Below are positions 60,007 through 64,000 of a DNA stretch of 64,000 nt, one piece after another. Each line of letters begins with the position of its first letter. Position 1 is the stretch's first letter. The translations under genes were made by a program, and so were the position numbers. This DNA comes from Flavobacteriales bacterium (GTDB lineage: Bacteria; Bacteroidota; Bacteroidia; Flavobacteriales; Flavobacteriaceae), in contig SGZI01000001.1 of NCBI GenBank assembly GCA_004213965.1, forward strand, positions 7,763-71,762, given 5' to 3'. Under the pieces are notes generated by a model. The model was given only the letters and a program-made list of their open reading frames with translations. It did no database searches and was not told the origin of the DNA.

Positions 60007-61164
60007 CTAGGATTTTTTTTCTTTTTTAGAGCCTTTATATATTTCATAATTAACAAGCCTAGCTTCTAAATTAGAATTATATAATTTAATCTTTTTTGAT
60101 GGATGAAGAGCTATATGTTTTAAAGCTTCAATATTGCTTGTTATTAACCAAGCATTAGAGTTTGTATAATTGTTTTTTAGAGTATCCCCAATGCTAGTAT
60201 ACATTTGTTTAATATCGTAGGAGATTCTTTTATCATATGGTGGGTTAAATAGAATATGAAGTTTGGAGTCTTCTTCTTTAGATGTAGTAAAAAAATCCAT
60301 TTTTTCTACACTTATATTTGTCTCTAATTCTGCATTTTTAATATTTTCTTTGGCTTTCTTAATAACACCGCCAGAAATATCATAACCTATAATTTTATGA
60401 TCAAATTTTATAATTTTATTTAAAACTGATTTTTCAATTAAATCAAATAAATCTTCATCCCAGTCTTTCCATTTTTCAAAAGCAAATTCGTTTCTATTTA
60501 AATTTGGAGCCATATTACAAGCGATCATTGCTGCTTCAATAAGAATTGTACCTCCTCCACACATAGGGTCTAAAAAATCTGAATCTGCTTTCCATCCAGA
60601 CATCAATACTATACCTGCTGCCAAAACTTCATTAATTGGAGCTACTGTTCCAAAAGCTTTGTAGCCTCTTTTATGTAATGATTCTCCGGAACTATCTAAT
60701 GATACATTACAAGAATTTCTGTTAATATGAATATTAATTCTAAGATCAGGATGTTTTAGATCAACATCTGGTCTCTTTTTAAATATATCTCTAAATCGAT
60801 CTACAACAGCGTCTTTGACTTTTTGTGAAACATATTGGGAGTGATTAAACATTTCAGAATGAAATACTATAGAATTTACTAGAAAACTACCTTCTTTGTC
60901 TAAATACTTTTCCCATTCAATTTTATTTATCTTATTATAAAAATCATCTTGATCCTTAAATTTAAATGACGTTATAGGTTTTAAAATCTTAATAGCAGTT
61001 CTTAAGCTTAAGTTAGCTTTATATAAAAACCCTTTGTCTCCATAAAAACTAACACTTCTAGACCCTTTTTCAATTTTCTGTGCACCTAATTTTAAAAGCT
61101 CTTTCGACAACACATCTTCAAAACCATAAAACGTTTTAGCTACCATTTTAAAATTTTCATCCAT
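60007..61164 (-). CDS. THUMP domain-containing class I SAM-dependent RNA methyltransferase (RlmL/K N-terminal-half-like)
   Basis: 385 aa. It has an N-terminal THUMP-like region, DPMCGGGTILIEA (motif I) and NPPY (motif IV). Confidence 0.8.
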   Translation of the reverse strand: MDENFKMVAKTFYGFEDVLSKELLKLGAQKIEKGSRSVSFYGDKGFLYKANLSLRTAIKILKPITSFKFKDQDDFYNKINKIEWEKYLDKEGSFLVNSIVFHSEMFNHSQYVSQKVKDAVVDRFRDIFKKRPDVDLKHPDLRINIHINRNSCNVSLDSSGESLHKRGYKAFGTVAPINEVLAAGIVLMSGWKADSDFLDPMCGGGTILIEAAMIACNMAPNLNRNEFAFEKWKDWDEDLFDLIEKSVLNKIIKFDHKIIGYDISGGVIKKAKENIKNAELETNISVEKMDFFTTSKEEDSKLHILFNPPYDKRISYDIKQMYTSIGDTLKNNYTNSNAWLITSNIEALKHIALHPSKKIKLYNSNLEARLVNYEIYKGSKKEKKS

Positions 61165-61195
61165 AAATAATTATTATTTGAAATCAAAAATACTT

Positions 61196-61203
61196 TATTT
61201 TTG
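61196..61203 (+). promoter_or_regulatory. Candidate -7 box (TATTTTTG) upstream of the 61224 methyltransferase gene
   Basis: It matches TAnnTTTG 20 nt upstream of the ATG. The nearest upstream TTTG is only 15 nt away, which is non-canonical spacing. Confidence 0.3.
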
Positions 61204-61223
61204 AAGAGTAATCTTCCTAATTA

Positions 61224-61955
61224 ATGACAAAGAATAAATCAGAATGGTATTTAGATTGGTTTAATTCACCTTTCTATCATCAGTTATATAAAGAAAGAGA
61301 TTATTCTGAAGCAACGTTCTTTATGAATAATTTAATCAAGCATCTGGAGATTAGAAAAGACTCTAATGCGCTTGATCTAGCTTGTGGAAGAGGCAGATAC
61401 AGTCAATATTTAAGCACATTAGGATATAAAGTAACTGGAGTTGACATATCAAAAGATAATATTGCTGAAGCTAAAAAGAATGAATCTAATAATTTAAACT
61501 ACATAATTCATGACATGAGACACCCACTCAGTCAAAAATTTGATCTTATTCTTAATTTATTTACAAGTTTTGGGTATTACAAAACAGACGCTGACAATTT
61601 AAGTGTTATTAAAAGTATTAAGTCTAATCTAAAAACAAACGGTATAGCTGTGATAGATTTTTTAAATATTAATTATGTGTTAAATAACCTGGTAGAAAAA
61701 GAAGAAAAAATTATTAATAACACAGAATTTATAATTAAAAGGTATCTAGAAGACGATATGCTAGTTAAAAGTATCTCTATTACACATGAAAATAAAATTC
61801 ACCATTTTAAAGAAGAGGTTAAATCCTATAGAATAGAAGATTTTTTATCAATGTTTGAAAAACTCAACCTGAAGCTTATAAAAACTTATGGAGATTATAA
61901 ATTGAATGCTTTTAATAAGGAATCTTCACCAAGACTAATTATGGTTGTAAAATAG
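61224..61955 (+). CDS. Class I SAM-dependent methyltransferase, substrate unknown
   Basis: 243 aa. It has an ALDLACGRGRYS motif I and the spacing typical of Methyltransf_11/25-type domains. Confidence 0.75.
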   Translation: MTKNKSEWYLDWFNSPFYHQLYKERDYSEATFFMNNLIKHLEIRKDSNALDLACGRGRYSQYLSTLGYKVTGVDISKDNIAEAKKNESNNLNYIIHDMRHPLSQKFDLILNLFTSFGYYKTDADNLSVIKSIKSNLKTNGIAVIDFLNINYVLNNLVEKEEKIINNTEFIIKRYLEDDMLVKSISITHENKIHHFKEEVKSYRIEDFLSMFEKLNLKLIKTYGDYKLNAFNKESSPRLIMVVK

Positions 61956-61964
61956 CTTGTAAAT

Positions 61965-62618
61965 TTAACGCCATTGCTTTTCTAATTCAAAAAGATCATA
62001 TTTAATGTGTGAATCCTGATATTCTAATTTTTTATCTCTTAATGATCTTTGAATTATGTCTTCAATTAAATAATCTTCTTCAACTAAATACGGATCAAAC
62101 TCTCTTTTTAAAGACATATTAAATACTCTAGCTGTATTATTATACCAAAAAGCACTCCAACCATTTCTTATTTCTTTAATTAGCTTATACGCAGTTGTGC
62201 CTGTTTGTCGATGAATTAATTTAATTAATATCTGCCCTTCAGTTTGAGTAAATTTCCTTAATTCATCATAGAATTCATTTAGAATAAATTTTTGAATCTT
62301 TTTTGTGTAATTTTTCTTATCCCTTCTCCTTTTAATTTTAGATAGTCTTTGGTTTAATGTAGTTAGTCTATCAGAAGCAAGCACCGCATAACTATAGACT
62401 TTAAGTGTTTTTCTTTTTAATATAAGATACTGTCTAATCTGATCAGAGTTTTTATATTTCAGTTTTGGAAGTAAAACAACCTTGTCCAAATCAATTGAAT
62501 TTCTAACAATCGAATCTCCTTTAATCTTTATATAATCAACTAATGTGTCAGATTCTACAATTTGAGATACAGCGATAGTAGAATATAAAAACAATACAGC
62601 AAAAACAACCCTATACAT
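61965..62618 (-). CDS. Hypothetical secreted protein
   Basis: 217 aa with an N-terminal signal (LFLYSTIAVSQ) and basic, helical character. I am not confident of any family. Confidence 0.55.
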   Translation of the reverse strand: MYRVVFAVLFLYSTIAVSQIVESDTLVDYIKIKGDSIVRNSIDLDKVVLLPKLKYKNSDQIRQYLILKRKTLKVYSYAVLASDRLTTLNQRLSKIKRRRDKKNYTKKIQKFILNEFYDELRKFTQTEGQILIKLIHRQTGTTAYKLIKEIRNGWSAFWYNNTARVFNMSLKREFDPYLVEEDYLIEDIIQRSLRDKKLEYQDSHIKYDLFELEKQWR

Positions 62619-62741
62619 TATTAAATAACAATAACTTTTCAGTAAGTAAAATTAATATATTAAATTATGGGAAAAAATAAAGAAATCATCTTATTTTTAC
62701 AAAACACTATTTTATAAAAAATTCATTTAATTACATAAACC

Positions 62742-63830
62742 ATGAAAAACAAAAGTATAATCACAAAAAAGTCTCTTGGATTTCTCGAAAAATATCTAAA
62801 TAATGCTTCTCCAACAGGTTATGAATGGGAAGGTCAGAAAATTTGGATGAATTATTTAAAACCTTATGTAGATGATTTTATTACTGACAGCTATGGTTCA
62901 GCAGTTGGAGTAATTAATCCTAACCACAAATATAAGGTTGTAATTGAAGGTCATGCAGATGAAATATCATGGTATGTTAATTATATTTCAGATAAAGGAC
63001 TAATCTCAGTAATTAGAAATGGAGGAAGTGATCATCAGATAGCTCCAAGTAAGGTAGTTAATATACACACTAAAAAAGGTGTTGTTAAAGGTGTTTTTGG
63101 ATGGCCAGCTATCCACACAAGAAAATCTGGAAAAGAAGAAACTCCTAAACTTGATAATATATTTATTGACGTGGGATGTAAAACTAAGAAAGAAGTAGAA
63201 AAATTAGGTGTTCATGTAGGCTGTGTAATTACATATCCAGATGAGTTTCATGTGTTGAATAAGGATAATTTTGTTTGCAGAGCTTTAGATAATAGGATTG
63301 GGGGATTTATGATTGCTGAAGTTGCACGATTAATTCATGAAAATAAAAAGAAACTACCTTTTGGATTATATATCACCAACTCCGTTCAGGAAGAAGTTGG
63401 TCTTAGAGGAGCCGAGATGATTACAAAAACCATTCGGCCAAATGTTGCAATAGTTACTGATGTTACTCATGATACAACAACGCCAATGATGAATCAAAAA
63501 ACTCAAGGAGACTGTGAAATTAATAAAGGGCCTGTGATTAGCTATGCGCCAGCAGTGCAACAAAAATTACGAGAATTAATTATAAAAGCTGCTGAAAAGA
63601 ATAAAATTCCATTCCAAAGAGCTGCATCATCAAGATATACTGGTACTGATACAGATGCTTTTGCTTACAGTAATGGTGGAGTACCTTCTGCATTAATATC
63701 ATTGCCTTTAAGATACATGCACACTACAGTTGAAATGGTTCACAAAAATGATGTTGAAAATGTAATAAGAATGATATACCATTCGGTGCTAAATATTAAG
63801 AATGGAGATGATTTTAGCTATTTTTCTTAA
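62742..63830 (+). CDS. M42 family metallopeptidase (glutamyl aminopeptidase / FrvX-like)
   Basis: 362 aa. Motifs are GHADEI, RALDNRIGG and VQEEVGLRGA, with metal ligands arranged as in the M42 family. Confidence 0.85.
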   Translation: MKNKSIITKKSLGFLEKYLNNASPTGYEWEGQKIWMNYLKPYVDDFITDSYGSAVGVINPNHKYKVVIEGHADEISWYVNYISDKGLISVIRNGGSDHQIAPSKVVNIHTKKGVVKGVFGWPAIHTRKSGKEETPKLDNIFIDVGCKTKKEVEKLGVHVGCVITYPDEFHVLNKDNFVCRALDNRIGGFMIAEVARLIHENKKKLPFGLYITNSVQEEVGLRGAEMITKTIRPNVAIVTDVTHDTTTPMMNQKTQGDCEINKGPVISYAPAVQQKLRELIIKAAEKNKIPFQRAASSRYTGTDTDAFAYSNGGVPSALISLPLRYMHTTVEMVHKNDVENVIRMIYHSVLNIKNGDDFSYFS

Positions 63831-63837
63831 TTAATCT

Positions 63838-64000
63838 ATGCATAAAGAATATATTGAAGAATACACAAGTGATGGAAAGCCTACAGGTAAAAAATTCCTT
63901 AAGTCAGAAATTCACAGAAAAGGAATAATCCACTCTACAATACATCTTTGGATTTTCTGTAATAAAAATAAAATTTTAATACAAAAACGTTCTAAATCAA
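63838..64000 (+). CDS. NUDIX hydrolase-like protein, N-terminal 54 codons only (3' end off-window)
   Basis: Hand-translated as MHKEYIEEYTSDGKPTGKKFLKSEIHRKGIIHSTIHLWIFCNKNKILIQKRSKS. The E..D..G.PTG......E.H..G..H pattern is typical of NUDIX/IDI-like N-termini. The Nudix box itself lies beyond the window. Confidence 0.5.
   Translation, partial: MHKEYIEEYTSDGKPTGKKFLKSEIHRKGIIHSTIHLWIFCNKNKILIQKRSKS

Noticed and set aside
62690-62740. 16-codon mini-ORF (MGKNKEIILFLQNTIL) upstream of the M42 peptidase gene
   Set aside because: It is too short and AT-rich to distinguish from chance, and it has no associated structure suggesting a leader peptide.

Overview
This is a strongly AT-rich, very gene-dense chromosomal segment. 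It looks like core genome of a streamlined Bacteroidota (class Flavobacteriia) organism. Clues are a PorQ-like T9SS gene fused to cmk, a DUF3822-like gene next to rsmD, gyrA followed by a TPR gene, TAnnTTTG-type -7 promoter boxes and many lipoprotein or outer-membrane genes.

I call 56 protein-coding genes. Two are cut by the window edges, and one is a 43-codon sORF below the ORF-track cutoff. I also call a tRNA-Ser/Pro/Arg operon with its own promoter and terminator, an RNase P RNA (rnpB), three intrinsic terminators and a few candidate promoters. Summing the gaps between called CDSs gives about 3.05 kb (about 5%) outside protein-coding sequence.

Gene content is housekeeping:
- Central and amino-acid metabolism: gap, pfkA, tdh-kbl, gcvT, lpdA, pdxH, pyrR-pyrB, rocD, hutH and a thiolase.
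- Replication and division: gyrA, dnaX, xerD, zapA.
- Translation and RNA modification: rpsA, cmk, tsaD, rsmE, rsmD, rlmD.
- Proteostasis: clpC, lon.
- Envelope: lptD-like, kdsB, plsC-like, and M23, C40 and M42 peptidases.

I see no CRISPR array, transposase, phage gene, toxin-antitoxin pair or recognisable defence gene. I did not find a convincing novel multi-gene system; the window reads as an ordinary core region.

The observations most worth a second look:
1. An E. coli-type A AAA AAG slippery site inside an A10 run in dnaX, with near-immediate stops in both alternative frames. This suggests a gamma/tau recoding site.
2. A ~170-nt structured, T-run-terminated non-coding region just downstream of zapA. 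This is the 6S RNA position in E. coli.
3. An unusually short (~294 nt) type-A RNase P RNA.
4. A 43-codon sORF overlapping the kbl stop.

All functional calls rest on my recognition of protein motifs and families from the translations. No database search was run.
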